In this document: piece by piece, positions 1 to 14,045 of the stretch | Numbering within the stretch: position 1 is the stretch's first letter | How the letters are laid out: each line of letters opens with the position of its first letter | NCBI RefSeq assembly: GCF_000150275.1 | Contig: NW_002060944.1 | Location: forward strand, 2,332,152 to 2,396,151 | From: Trichoplax adhaerens | Taxonomy: Eukaryota > Animalia > Placozoa | Direction: 5' to 3' | DNA length: 64,000 bases | Program-made: the position numbers and the translations under genes | The notes under the pieces: generated by a model | Told to the model about the DNA's origin: nothing | Databases searched by the model: none | The model's input: only the letters and a program-made list of their open reading frames with translations

Positions 1-1740
1 AAAGAATCTCACTTGTGATATTTCACGTCAAATATACACAGACAAAATTAGGATTCGAGAGTAAAATGATCATATAATATAAACATATTTCTGCTTGCTA
101 AATTCGAGTGCACCACAGTAGATTTAAATACCTCGCAAATACATACAAATATTCTTAAATTTACTCTCGGTATTACCTCTCTATTACAGACTTAAAGATT
201 ATGTACTTGTATACTGGTACTTATGTTACAAGCAATAAACAAGGTTTCTACATAGGTATAAATACGAATGTTGTACCGAATAAACTGATACGCTTTAACA
301 CTGAAAGGAAACGCTACAGAAGTTCCATACAGGCGAAACTGGTGCACACTAGTGAACGCTTAACTAGGATCTCAAGCAAAATATATTTGCCAATTTACGT
401 CTGATTCATTCTATTGTGCCTTCCCAATCAATTTATACTATATCTAATCGTGCAGTAGTAGTCTGCTGATTGAGTTATACGTCCGTTGAATTAATTATTC
501 CTAGTTCCTTATATTGTGCTTCTATATAAAGCTTCTCAAAACTGTGCCAAATAGTAAGCTACCGAATCAGTTTCTGTTCCGTTGTCACTGAATAATAGTC
601 GATTTATATTTGAAAATTAGTAACGAAAAAATAGTAAATCCATCACCATTTTCACTTATCATGCAAAATTAAATCGCTTATAATTAATTTATAATGGCTA
701 TTATTGTAAGTATAGATCTAAAAATTAGTATAAATTTAATTAAAACTAATAAAGAAAATTACTTTCCTTAAAATCACCAGTGTAGAGGGTGCTTCTGGTA
801 ACCGAATTACGTAGTGCTTTATATCGTAATATCATCAGTTCTAAATATTGTTTTCATCGTAGCCATTAGCTCTTATTGTATTTGAGATACTTGACTTCAA
901 TCTACAGCACCACAGTTACTACTAACGAATCTCACCCATGTGTACTGTAAAATGTAGCTTTTGACACACGCTCTTATAGTGTTTAACAGCACTATAGAGT
1001 AGCTGAAGAGCGCTGTCAGTGATGTCTAGTACTGTATTATCGTATCACGTTGATATTGTTAGTTGAAGAATTCTGGATAGCCGCTTACTGTTACCACAGT
1101 GTTCTCACTTTATACTAAAACGTAAAATGTAAGATGGGTATTTATTTACGCGTAGCCGTTATCAGTACCAATAATGAAATCGGAATTTATAGTTCATTGA
1201 GGTAAATATAAATCAAAGAAATATTGTTACACTATAATTCTTACGTTTCAACTTCCTTAAAACATGCTAAGTAAAATGATATACCGTACAGCGTTGCATC
1301 TCGAGTTAAATAAGTTTTATGTGGTACTAACAAGACCGTAAATTAAAAACAATTAGATGGATTCGTCATTGTACTACTTTTTTGGTATTGGCATGTTTAT
1401 TTTATTTTGAATGAGACTTATTTAGGCGGCAATTAATCAGATATGAAAAATTAACAAATAACTTTAGTCAATTAAGGATAACGTAATTTTCTAAACGATC
1501 TACGGCCACTACAATTGCAATAATAATTAAGACAATATTATAATTAAGTATTATCTAATTAAATTATTACGGCCTCCAAATATCTTTCATAAATAAATAA
1601 GCTATAAGTTATTTACTATTACAGTATCATGAATTTCTTAAGATAACCCTGATACTGTCTATTGATGATAAACTGATTATTGTATAGATAATTAGAAAAA
1701 GCTCATATGAGTATAATCAGGGAACTGCTTAAATTTTATA

Positions 1741-2811
1741 TTAGATCAAGGTAGCCATGGAAAATCTTGAAGGTCTAGGTGATAAACTGAGAATTATAAA
1801 ATGGCTATTACCGCCAATACTATTATCTTTTGATAATTTATTCTTACACCTAAACATGTTCAAAAAAACAGATCTAAACCGACTGTAACACACAAAATAA
1901 ATTATTGGATTGCATAATGAATGACCAAATGCTATCCATAAGCTTACGATTGATAACCAAGGCGGTATCGGAATATTATTAACATGCTCACCAGAAAAAA
2001 TATCGTACAGAAATATTAGTATATAATTTGGTGTTATGCATACAAAGAATAATGTTACAATAATAATCATCATACGAATTACCTTACGTTTACATTTGCT
2101 AACTATAATAGACGGTACAGCATTAGGCCTGGACTGATAAACTTTACGTACAATCGACGTATAAAAAAATATTAGCAGTGTAATTGGAATTACGTACAAA
2201 GCAATGAAGAGAGCAATGGAATATGCTCTTCGATTTATATGATTAGGAAAAGGCCAAACTTCGATGCAGTAAAATTTATCAACGGCCTCTGATGCAGGTA
2301 TTAACTCTAATATTCTTATTTGAACAGCATTTAGGCAAATAGACAATATCCAGATTCCCAATATAATGTATGAAATTTGATTTCGAGTAAAACCAATTTT
2401 ACGAGGGGCACATACAATTTTGCGATAGCGATCAAAACTAACAGTAACTAAGGTCAAGGTAACCACACCAATGACTGTACTATGAATAAAATATTGAATC
2501 TTGCACATTATGGGACCGAAGTGATAATAAAAGCGAGAAATAAAGACTGCTGCATTAAGTGGCACGTTAAATGAGACAACCACTAAATCAGATATTGCTA
2601 AATTTAGTAAAAGTATGTTGGTTTTTGTCCTCAAGCTTCTATAACGTAAGAAGCCGATGCAAACTGTAACGTTACCAAATGCTCCCAAAATGAAAATAAT
2701 AGCCGATACTGCGATAATTAATATTGTAGAGGCTGTATGAGTTTCACTAACGGTACTATTTCGAAAATGATAACTTACAATGCTCCCATTAAGATTTTCT
2801 TCCAAGGCCAT
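1741..2811 (-). CDS. Class A (rhodopsin) GPCR, neuropeptide-receptor-like, intronless, 356 aa
   Basis: ATG-initiated single ORF with 7 hydrophobic segments; GN (TM1), NLAISD (TM2), CK (TM3 start), DRY, ECL2 CxExWP, NPIIY (TM7), N-terminal NxS/T sequons. Confidence 0.93.
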   Translation of the reverse strand: MALEENLNGSIVSYHFRNSTVSETHTASTILIIAVSAIIFILGAFGNVTVCIGFLRYRSLRTKTNILLLNLAISDLVVVSFNVPLNAAVFISRFYYHFGPIMCKIQYFIHSTVIGVVTLTLVTVSFDRYRKIVCAPRKIGFTRNQISYIILGIWILSICLNAVQIRILELIPASEAVDKFYCIEVWPFPNHINRRAYSIALFIALYVIPITLLIFFYTSIVRKVYQSRPNAVPSIIVSKCKRKVIRMMIIIVTLFFVCITPNYILIFLYDIFSGEHVNNIPIPPWLSIVSLWIAFGHSLCNPIIYFVCYSRFRSVFLNMFRCKNKLSKDNSIGGNSHFIILSLSPRPSRFSMATLI

Positions 2812-5669
2812 AAGGACGTAATTCGTATTTCTTTTCTAAGTGATCAATGTTTCTAATATTTAAACTTCCTTGTTCAATATATGAGAGCTTCTCTAAATTA
2901 ATAAGATGCTAAATATAAATATAGTTTTCTAAGATTTTTCCGCTAAGAACAAACTTGTTACGTTTGCTTATAAATCCTGCTCTAAAATAAAGTTAACCTT
3001 AAATGTCAAAAATAGTAATTTTATTAGTGACGTCGCTTGGTTTTCGGCGTCATTTCCTAATACTTATAAGATCATTAATTGTAAAGGATTAAATTCAACC
3101 TTACTATTATTAAGCAATTTTTTTATGAATTATTCTGGTATTTAATAACAGAACTTTTGTATCGCTATAAACAACAATACAGATTGTACGTCGTCATTAA
3201 TGAATACTAAAAAAGATATTGGTAAAGTAATTATGTTGCAAGAATGAAACAATACCGCTATTTATGTTAAGTAAATAGATTGTATAAGTTATAGTGTAGA
3301 GACTGTAGACTATTTACTGATATACTGTAAATTAACAGTTAATAATTTAAAAAAGTTTAAATTTTCTTCGCCAGTTAGTTTTACGAAATTTTAATCCATA
3401 ATCATAAACATTACCTTCTTTTAAATACGGTAATTTATAAGCCGGTGATATTCATTTAATACGTATGAAAGTTCATACTTTACTACGATTAGGGTGGATC
3501 TAACGGTAATATTAATGATTAGTATATGATATTTTGAAAGCAATATTATTTACAAAAGAATCGCTATTTTTTATTTAGTGAGCAGAATCTAGATCATATC
3601 GTAACCGTCAATTCACTAGTACCCATACATTTGCAACCGAATCAATCAAACTGTGAAATATTAGCTCATCTTGGGCTTAACTAAGAGCTGTAATGTCACT
3701 AACAGAGATAAATTTATAAATGGATATTAGATCATACTTCAGACCTTTTCGAAAATTTATGATAGTCAAATCACTCCTTGATTTGAAAGTCAAGAAACTA
3801 TATTATTATTGCAATAGTTCTTTATATTCAATCTCGTTTTAAGTTTTGTCTTCTGATGAAAGATGGTCCTTTTAAGATAACTTTTATCCATATATTCTTT
3901 TTTTGATGAAAATGTAAGTACTTGTGCAAATTTCGAATTTTAATCAATGCGAAATATTTATCGCATACAGAATCTCTGAAGCAATTATTGAAACACTAAT
4001 CATTAGATTGATCATGATATTTACAGCAATCTATAACCTTTTAATAAACGAACAATTATGTAACTAATACAGAGGGGGTATTAAAGGTATAAATGCTTTC
4101 CGAAAAGTATATTAGCCCAAGTTCAATGATTCTAGTAGAACTAGATTTGATTATAAATCTTCAAGTAGTAATATGAAATGAAATAATATTTAATGAAAGA
4201 AATACCTATGATTATATTACGAAGGAAATAGAGGCGACTCGATTCATAGCGTATATAAGAAGTACTATTTTCGTAGTAATATAAAACTTAATATGGAAAT
4301 TGCGGTTAATTACAATTATGTTAAATACGTACTAGAAATTAAGCAGGATTTGAATACCAAGTAAATGTTTACTAAAGCCCTCACTGAATGATTAATACTT
4401 CAGTTCTCAAAACTGCAGCCACTCAGCAGAACACGTATAGTAGAAAGTATTGAGAACTAGCTAATTTTAAGTCTTTCACAACAAGGTTGTCACACTACTA
4501 TTCACGCTATTAATAATGATGAAGTAACAAGGATAGTTACGATTTTTATAGAATGCACTTATTAATGGGTGTAATATAAGACATAATTAATGCTTGGTTA
4601 CGAATATTTTATGTGTATATTGTACCATATTACAAATGGAATGCGAAGACAAGCGATTGGCTGCCTTGATTACCAGTCCTTAATATCTTTTGTTTTAAAA
4701 ATTACAAGCGCTATAGTAGGCGTAGCAGTTAAATAATTTTATTAATACAATAATCGTTATAAATCTAGAACCACGTTTGATATTAACGAATCTAAATATG
4801 TGCCCGTGTAGCGAAATACTTTAAGAAAGATTTTTGCAGAAAGTCATAAATTTAGACTGTTTGAATGGAATTAATTAAAATACCACATAAATGATTTAGT
4901 AGATGAATCATAAATTAATAACTGTTGTAACTAACGTCATTGTAAGATTTTACTTACGGCTAAAAACTGTTTAACTGCTCAATAAAATTTTTTCGTAGTA
5001 GCAAATTGTATGAAACCCAACACAAGTGCTATTGAATAGTATTTGAAAATTTTTTAAAAGTTCCGTAAGTTGCAATAGATTATGAAAACTTTGGAATTGT
5101 AACTGGTGTATATATAATATATACGATTTAAAAATCTTTCAATATATATTATATCACGATGGACTTAATGAACATAATATTGGCGATGCAGAATTGTTCT
5201 TAGATTCTACTTTATAGTGCTTCATACGGTATTAAGTGTATTGGTTACTGATGCTGGTTTCATGTAAAATATTTTATATTTCAATATTGTCGTTTATAGT
5301 GAATGGTTCTTTTCATATGTTACCTATCAATTTATTAATGTTAATGTCAGGTGTTATAGTTTTTTGTAGTATCAGCACAGACAAAATCTAAGTGAGGCAA
5401 ATTTTATACTTTAATTTTAAATTTAAACCTAGCAATGAATAAGCATTGTAGTATGCTCTCGAACTCTTATGATAGCTAGTATTTACTACATAGCATCCAA
5501 TATTTCTTATTTTAACTGCTAGAAATACTATCAAAATGCACCGTACTATATACAGAATTAAGCTAGAAAGTACTGGAAATATGGAAATTTCTCAATTTGG
5601 TGCACAGTATAAAGGGTAAGTATCGTATTATTTTTTATGAAATTCTTTTGATTTAATCGTACTTGATTT

Positions 5670-6641
5670 TTATCTTTGACTTTTGTTAAACCGATTTTCT
5701 ATTAGTAAGATGATTATCGGATTGATGCAAGAACCAAGGGTTGCAAAAATAATAACTGTTAACTTGGACCAATACGGTAATGGAGTAAAGATAGAGTGAA
5801 TAGTAACCCATAAATAATAAGGAGTTTTTGTGACGAAATAGGTCAACACTATGATAATTTCAATTTTAGCAAATTTACGCTGAGGAAGCCATCTGTTGAA
5901 GGATCCTAAAATGATAGCCACAGCTGGTCTAAATCGCATAAACTTGAAGAATATATAAGAGTAGCAAAATATAAAAAAGAGCAACGGAAGTATAAAAAAG
6001 AGAGCAATTTGTAGTCCGTAAAATCCTGTTTTAAGAGATAGAGATGGCCAGGCTTCATCGCAACCGAATTCTGTTACAGTTAAATTATCGTTTAATTTTC
6101 GAACATTAGTTGAAAATACTAAATAGATCAAATTGTAGAACATAACCATGATCCAGACCATAATTATCATAACTAAACTCTGAGTCCGGTAGAAGTATTC
6201 CCTTTCTTGACTCAAGTCATGAATACGTCTCGAACTAATTTGATAAAAATATTTACTGCATATGCGATATCGGTTGTAAGTTATAAAAGAAATCGCCAAA
6301 ATTTCAGTTTGAAGCGAAACATTTAATAAATAAGTATTAAATTTACACCCTATACTTCCAGATGTTCCGTAAATACTAATGAAAACTCCAATAGCCGTGT
6401 TTACCAAGATTAGCAATAGATCTGATATAGTTAAATTAAAATAAAATAAGTCTCTTTTCCAAAATGATTTTTTCTTTAACCAAAAACTTTTGCATACTAA
6501 GAAACAACAGAAGGTTCCGTGGAAGAAAGTAAATGCATATATGAGGCAAAATATCATTATGATCATTGGATTTTTGAATATGCAACCTTCTGCATATGGT
6601 AAGGATAATCGACTACAAAATGACTGTGATATCGAATTCAT
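5670..6641 (-). CDS. Divergent class A GPCR, intronless, 323 aa
   Basis: NLTISD (TM2), GCK, NRY in place of DRY, CDEAWP in ECL2, FFILP (TM5), NPIII in place of NPxxY; same strand and general architecture as the neighbouring GPCR. Confidence 0.85.
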   Translation of the reverse strand: MNSISQSFCSRLSLPYAEGCIFKNPMIIMIFCLIYAFTFFHGTFCCFLVCKSFWLKKKSFWKRDLFYFNLTISDLLLILVNTAIGVFISIYGTSGSIGCKFNTYLLNVSLQTEILAISFITYNRYRICSKYFYQISSRRIHDLSQEREYFYRTQSLVMIIMVWIMVMFYNLIYLVFSTNVRKLNDNLTVTEFGCDEAWPSLSLKTGFYGLQIALFFILPLLFFIFCYSYIFFKFMRFRPAVAIILGSFNRWLPQRKFAKIEIIIVLTYFVTKTPYYLWVTIHSIFTPLPYWSKLTVIIFATLGSCINPIIILLIENRFNKSQR

Positions 6642-8025
6642 TGTGCATTAAATGATCTGTTAATGGTTACCAAATTCGTTGCTCGCGTGATAAACTATTT
6701 TATAAGGCCTCTATAGATAAGCCAAGGCAATTTTCCTAGTGGATGATTAAAGTTTTAAAAAGAACTGATGTTCGTCGTATTTCATTAATTTAATCCTTGC
6801 TCGTTCGAAGACAGCGCTTATTGTGCCGAAAATCTATTTTAGTATCTTCATTCTATGTTGCTAGGTTGTTAGTAAGAGCTTTATGTAACGTTAAGGACTA
6901 TTATTAAATCTTAAATATCCATACGGCAAATTATCTCACTGCAAAGGGATTAATAGCATTTATCAATTGAGTAATAAAACGATACTGCATCGACCTGTTA
7001 ATTAATGATTAATACCATTGCATATTTTATGTATTCTCCTTATAAAGATTAGTATATTACTACCCGCTCATTCCATCGCAATACTTAAATTAATTATTTA
7101 ATGCCATATGGCTGAATGAGAGATTAAATCGTTACTATTTCACAAAGATTATAATTTTTGAAAGAGGATGTATAGTGTTAGTAAGAGGAATAATAGAACT
7201 CTGGCCGTACAAATAGGTTGCATTTAGTTCAGGCGCTGTTGGAGGATTTTTCAGTTTAATATGTAACATTGTAAGGTCGTATACTGTATGGCTACCGATG
7301 CAGTTGATACAGTACAAGATTTAGCAAAGATATCAGATAGAGATCTTTATTAAGGATACAAGGGGATTAGCTTGAGAGCACAATCTTTGGATTTAATGCT
7401 ACAAATAGTTACAATGCTAAACATACTGTACCTTACAGGACTTTCGTTATGTTATAAATTTGTAAATAATGCTGAATAATCTAACTAATACTAGTTGAAG
7501 ATATAGTTAGAAGAAAGGGTTACATTGCAAGAAGACGTTCATTTGGTTTTAATTCCATACATGTTAGTATCTCATATTAAGACATGTTCACTTCAGATAT
7601 GAGAAGAATAACTTTGGACTATACGATGCTTGTATTCATTTCCACAAAATTTGGTTTATCGTGATCACTAAGATAAAGCAATCTAAAAGATCACCATTTC
7701 GATTCAAATGGACGCAAAAATCGTGTATAGCTAAGTAGTGTAGCCCCCAAATAAGCTTAAGACTAAGATTGTACGCTAGATTGTAAGTGTCTACAGTAAT
7801 AATTAGAATCATTGGGGAAGATGTTCACAGTAAGTATTGTAGTAATTCTGTTGAGATGCTTATGTAGATTAAGATTCTGAGATAATAATAGATTGCGCTA
7901 AGTATGTTAGTGCTGTTGGATTTGTATTATGACACTTTAATTGGAAGCACGAACCCTTATGAATTGATAGCGCAATAGTAAATCTACTGTATTGTAGATA
8001 TGATCTTATGACTTAATTCATGATC

Positions 8026-8783
8026 TACAGTACAGTACTGTACAGTACAGTATATTGTACTATACAGTACTGTACTGTAGCACAGCGTAGTTACGTACAG
8101 TACAGTACTGTACTGTACAGTACTGTACTGTAGCTCAGCGTAGTTACGTACCGTACTGTACTGTACTGTACTGTACAGTACAGTCAGTACAGTACAGTAC
8201 AGTACAGTAAAGTATGGACTACTGGTGCATCTTGTACTACAGTACAGTACAGTACTGTACAAGACTATTACAAAGTCACGCGTTTATCACGCGGAATCCT
8301 TTCTTTTTAGTAATAATAATAAATAATAATTATGTAATTATTGCATTTATATATGAATAAATAAAAAATTTTAAAGATTGTAGATTAGATTTTAATTTTA
8401 AATTTAATTTTATATAGCCAGGTTTTTTAAGCATTATCCTCTCATTTGTATTGCGGTCTAATAAAAGAATCCGCTAATACACTGCTGTGGATTGATATTT
8501 TTGTATCACATAAAATCTTGACTTTTTAAGTCAAATTCCCCTGCAAAATGTACTGTTAGGCATCATAATTCGAGATATAAAACATTATAGTAAATTGTAA
8601 CAGAAAAAATCCCACCCTCTAATAAAACTGTTATTGTTCAAGGGCTGTAAGTGTAAGTACCGTACAGTGTACAGTACAGTACTGGTACTGCGCTGTACTG
8701 TACTGTACTGTACTATCCACGCAATTCACTGCTGTACGCGCTATGCGTCATCTGAATATCTACGGTACTATACGTACAGTACA
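8026..8783. repeat. ACAGT/ACTGT pentamer arrays (8026-8260 and 8655-8783) upstream of the SLC15 gene
   Basis: Runs of tacag/ctgta units in both orientations; includes a duplicated ~35 bp unit (tacagtactgtactgtagcwcagcgtagttacgtac). Confidence 0.9.
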
Positions 8784-8886
8784 CATGAGTCAATGACCAT
8801 CACCTTACTTTCATACTATCACCAGAATTAGTCATTAAATTACAGTAGCGGTTGAAGACTTGCTATCGCTGTCAAGGCAACAAGAA

Positions 8887-11800
8887 ATGTCGGAAGAAAC
8901 TGTGACCGAGCAAACGCATCTCTTAAAAGATGGTGCGATACCGTACTCTGATGAGAATAAGAACAGCATCAGTGACAACGACTTTACTACTCGTTCTAGT
9001 AGCAACAATACTGTTCCGTTCAGGATCAAAGTTATCGTTTTATGCATTTTGTTAACGGAATTATGTGAACGGCTGACCTATTATAGCGTTTCTGCTAATC
9101 TCGTACTTTTTGCAAATACCCACCTTGGTTTTACTAATCCTGAGGCTGCCTCCATAAATTTTATCTTCACTGGTACAGGCTATGCCATACCTATAATTAG
9201 CGGATACATCGCAGATTCCTTTATTGGGCAATATAATACTATTTTCGGCAGCAGTTTAATTTATATTGTTGGTTCTGTGGCACTGGTGTTAGTTGCAGCC
9301 CCGTATGATTTACCGTTTTCCACTAGTGCTCAATCAGCTTTTTATATAGGCGGTCTCGCATTTATTGCAATTGGCACTGGAGGTACGATTCTGTTTGTAT
9401 CATACTTATATTGCATTACTTAGCACGATAATGCCGATATGTTAAATGGTGCTGTTAACAGACTTAATTAATTTTACACAAGTATCGCATGAGGTGCTTT
9501 AACTAGCTATCAGACAATTACAGTACATTGTCATTCTTTATCAAGAATAAATTGTTATTAACAACTGTATTAGAAAGATACAGATTAATTTTCGACCTTA
9601 GGTCATACTGTACAATGCCAAATTGAAACTGTTTTAAATGTGAAAGTTAATTATATCATTGTAATTATGTATCATACACAGCACAGTATATGACATCATT
9701 TGGTAACATTTTTAAGGCCTATTTATTAACTATAAGTGAAGATGCTGCACTACGTTAATTTTACCAGTGTCTGGAAGGTGATATTTCCCCGATATCATTA
9801 CCTGAATTTGCAAGAATTGTTTTTGCGCTATTATTATTAAAACTATAGATTGCATAGTAGTATCCTACGGGTAGAGGATTATTACAGTTATCTGCACGGT
9901 TTTTAAAGTCATACAACGTATGAATATCTAGAACTTACGTAAGATACAACCATGACTAGCTTTGCTAAGCAACATTAGATAGAATTTTTAAAATGGGTGA
10001 TTATTGAATCTTGCGAATATCACTGTAAACGCTATATTTAAACAATGTTATATCCTATTCAAAAACACTAAAAGTTATCGGTTTTTATGTGCTTACAGGA
10101 ATCAAATCTAATGTTTCTCCTTTTGGTGCCGATCAATTGAAAGATTCTGGTCCTCTTCTTATTCAGCGTTTTTTTTCGTGGTTCTACTTCTTTATTAACG
10201 TAGGATCGTTGGTATCGTTTACTGCTGTCGCTTACATTCAGCAGAATGTCAGCTTCTTTTATGGATATATGATCCCTGCTATTTCTATGGCATTAGCTAT
10301 CATAATATTTATTTCTGCCCGAAGTTATTATGTAGTACGCTCTCCGAGTATGTGTTCAAAAAATTAGTATCTGGTAGTAGTAGATCAACTTCATGAAAGT
10401 ACTCTTTTATTTGTTGCATTGCACAGTACAATAATCATACACATGTAACTGTAGCACAGTGTAATAAATTTTGGACCTTGATTCAATATTGAATGTTGTG
10501 GTATAGACACATTGAAGTCAAATACTCTTAAACTAAATTTTTAGAGGGATCATTGTTGATTGACGCCGTTCGTATGATGTGGCAAGGTCTCAGGGTTAAA
10601 CTATGCTGTAGAAATGCTGGAGCTAGGAACGGGAGGATTACTAGCATTTTCGATTATGCAAAACAAGAAAACGGTGGAAGTTTCGAATCTAGTCAAGTTG
10701 AGAAGATAAAGCCCTTGGGACGTGTGATTCCTGTATTTATTTTAATCATTCTATACTGGACGGTTTATTTTCAGGTAAGAATGATGATATTAATAATGAA
10801 ACAGTCAATTGTTAAATTTTCTTAGATCTTGTGACTTTCATGAGATAATGGGTCTCAAAAACATTGCTTACTGTTACTGCCCTATGAAACTTAAAATATT
10901 GTAAGAAATTTTCGCATGTACTTTGGATGCTAATAGGCGTTACGTTATTTAGATAAATATTGATATAATTGGACGCAATTTAGATACTAGAAGAATATAT
11001 GGTTCGAATTATACTATCTGTTGAGATCAAAGTTTATAATGCGTTGTTGCATGGCATAACTGTAAAATTCCTAATTTAGATGCAGACAACATGGTTTATA
11101 CAAGGGGAATCCATGAACCTAAAACTGGGAAGTTTTAAGTTACCTGCAGCAGCGTTATCTTCATTTGATACTGTCTCCGTCCTTGTCTTTATACCTATAA
11201 TAAACTATGGTGTATATCCGCTCTATAAAAAAATCTTTGGTAGGTCACTTACCCAACTTCAAAGAATAGGTGAGATTTTGTCTAGTAAAAGTATGTGCAC
11301 TTGAATTATTTGTTTACAAAGAGAGTTTATTAATATTTAATTAATATGCAAAAATTATGAATGTAATATTTAGGTATTGGAATGATATTTGCCTCACTAG
11401 CAATGTTAGCTGCTGGTATTTTAGAAGGATATAGATTAATAGATGTGCATGAAAATCCATTACCCCAAGTTGTTGCTGGATCAACATTTAACGCATCTGG
11501 AAACATTAGTGTTTTGGCACAGATACCTCAGTTCGCTTTAATTGGACTTAGCGAAGTTTTTACGAGCATCACTGGTACTGCTAAATCTCACTATGTAACT
11601 GTTTCATAAATAAATTGTAAAAAAAATTCGTAAATTCATATGCCTTGCATTGTTGTTTCGTAAATTTTGAAAAAGGGTTGGAGTATGCATATTCGGAGGC
11701 TCCAGAAGAGCTTAAAGGATTGATCATGGGATTATATTTACTTACATCTGGGCTTGGAAGCTATCTTGGATCACTGATAATAGTCATTGTAAATGCTGCA

Positions 11801-12151
11801 TCTCGTAACCCGAAAGTTCAAAATTCGGAGTGGATTCCAAAGGATATAAACAATGGACATCTCGATTATTACTGTTACTTTTTGGCAGGTATGAACATAT
11901 GCATAGCATAGCCGATTATGGCTATCGAATCTAGTATCGCACAGAAAAGAATTACTAATTTATTGCGTTTCTCTTTTACCTATGCAGTTTTTATGGCTGC
12001 AAATTTTATTATCTATGTTCTCATGACAACATTCTGGTATAAAGGAGAGGGTACTGAAAGTGAAGATAATGTGAGAATCGTAACATCAGCGCATGAGCCG
12101 ACAGCACCTGATTTAGTTCATACTCATTCAAAAAATAATTATGATGTATAA
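8887..12151 (+). CDS. SLC15A4: Proton-coupled oligopeptide transporter (POT/PTR2), SLC15A4/A3-like; exons 8887-9382, 10099-10347, 10545-10774, 11080-11269, 11374-11574, 11676-11888, 11988-12151
   Basis: ELCERLTYY (ExxER motif), GYIADS, GTGG|IKSNVSPFGADQ, FYFFINVGS, QIPQFALIGLSE, EYAYSEAP; exons join in frame at GT-AG sites; N-terminal acidic dileucine EQTHLL. Confidence 0.92.
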
Positions 12152-14045
12152 CGGGTTAAATGCATATTTTTGTAGTTCTTTAGCTTACTATTTTAAATTA
12201 GAAACAAATCTAGCTATAATTGCAAAGTAATATTTCGTAAATAAGTAATAAATGCGAGAGTATCATACAAAACTAATGATATTATGTTTTGCACATTATT
12301 GGCATTTATCACTGTATAAAGGCTCGAAATTGTTTTCCACATTTATGATTTTACGAAATGTTATAACTAGTATATTTTTAAACGATAGATCATAAATAAT
12401 AATTAGTGTAAGTCAGTGTACTCATGCAGATATATGCATTAAATTGTGAAAGTATTGATATTCTTAAGAATGGTAATGTTTAAAATTGTAAATTTTGATC
12501 CTTAAGAATCATAGATATTTCTAATTGAAACCCTGAATTTTGTATAATTCTTTAATAAGAGTATAGAAGCCTACGAAATCAGATTTATTTTTTAATTACA
12601 GAAACTACGATTAGGATGCATATGTTACATATAAATTTATATTGCACACCTATGATAAATTTTTCAAAATCAATTGGATGATAACAACTTATCTATCTAC
12701 TAAATTATAATATAACAAAATTTTTTATCGTACTTTATATACAGTATATGAGTATATATATAATGACAACTAAAAGGTGGGCGACTATCTTGATGTTAGC
12801 GAGTATTTTTTTGTTCAATTTCTGTATTTTATTTTAATCTTAAGTTCTCAATATACAAGGTTTTATTGCTGTGAATAAGTAGCTGTAATGCTGTATTATG
12901 CTTGAGAGTAAATCTAAATAAATCTACCCACTGTCACAAAATTATTAATGGACCAAAAACTACGATGAAAAAGGTCTTAGATTTTCTAATTTATCAAAAA
13001 TCATATAACTTTTTCATACTCATTAGTACCTGTTTTTAAGATTCTCTCGTTATGTAAAGTGCGTTGACTAAAACAGATTCTCTTCAAAATATACACATAA
13101 TTCCTGATTAAGAAATTTGGTGTTGGTAATTCTGACATCAAGCGATCAAAATGACGTGACCTTAAGCTATGTAATAGTATTTTAAATTCAGCTTCAAATC
13201 CTAGAACTTTACCGCCTGTCAACACAACACCAGTAGATAGGATCTACATCTTAACAGTTAATAGCTATACCAAACAAATTCTTTTTAATGGATAAAAATT
13301 AACAAATAGCAAGACTTGATTGAGTTGTGTCCATTATACGTATATTTGCAACGCGCGTATATGTAGTGTGACTATAAACTGAAAGTCTAATGTATTCACT
13401 CGCAGTTAAATATTTTTCTTTCAGTAAAATCGTAGTAGTGATTCCTAAAAAATTGGGTAATTAACTTGCGTAATAAATTTCCGTTACTATGTCGAGTGGT
13501 AGATTGAAGAAAGTGTTAGTTTAGGATTTAAACGTTAATTATTGCATGTATTTAAACTAAGTATAGTTAGAAAAATAAAATGCTCGAATGATATTATTAA
13601 TGGTCTTTATTAACTCATGTATTTATTACAGTAAATAATATTAACAGTTAACAGATAGAAAAATAGCTACGTTAATTGACCGATTTAGAAAATTCTCGAA
13701 AATTAAAATTATTGCGTGTTATGGCCGCGAGGATGCTGTAACGATCTCTTAAAGGAAGTACTGACAGAGAATAAAAAATTGGCCTCATCCTTGAAAGAAA
13801 ATGATCAATATATTGCACTAAAGAACGAATTGTATCGAGCTTACAGGAATTTTTTGAGAGGCGGCAAGATTTAAGTTTCAATAGCTATTTCTATGGTTGA
13901 TTTAATTAAGTATCTTGAAGTAATTAGCATTTAATTTTATTGCTCATAATCTATTAAGATAGATTCATGAAGTATGACATGGGTCCAGAATTTTTGCATT
14001 CTCTGAACTTGTAAACATGCTTCACCAAATATAGCTTTCATACAT

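Noticed and set aside
5670-6641. Opsin identity for the divergent GPCR
   Set aside because: The TM7 position equivalent to the retinal-binding Lys is Thr (FATLGSCINP).
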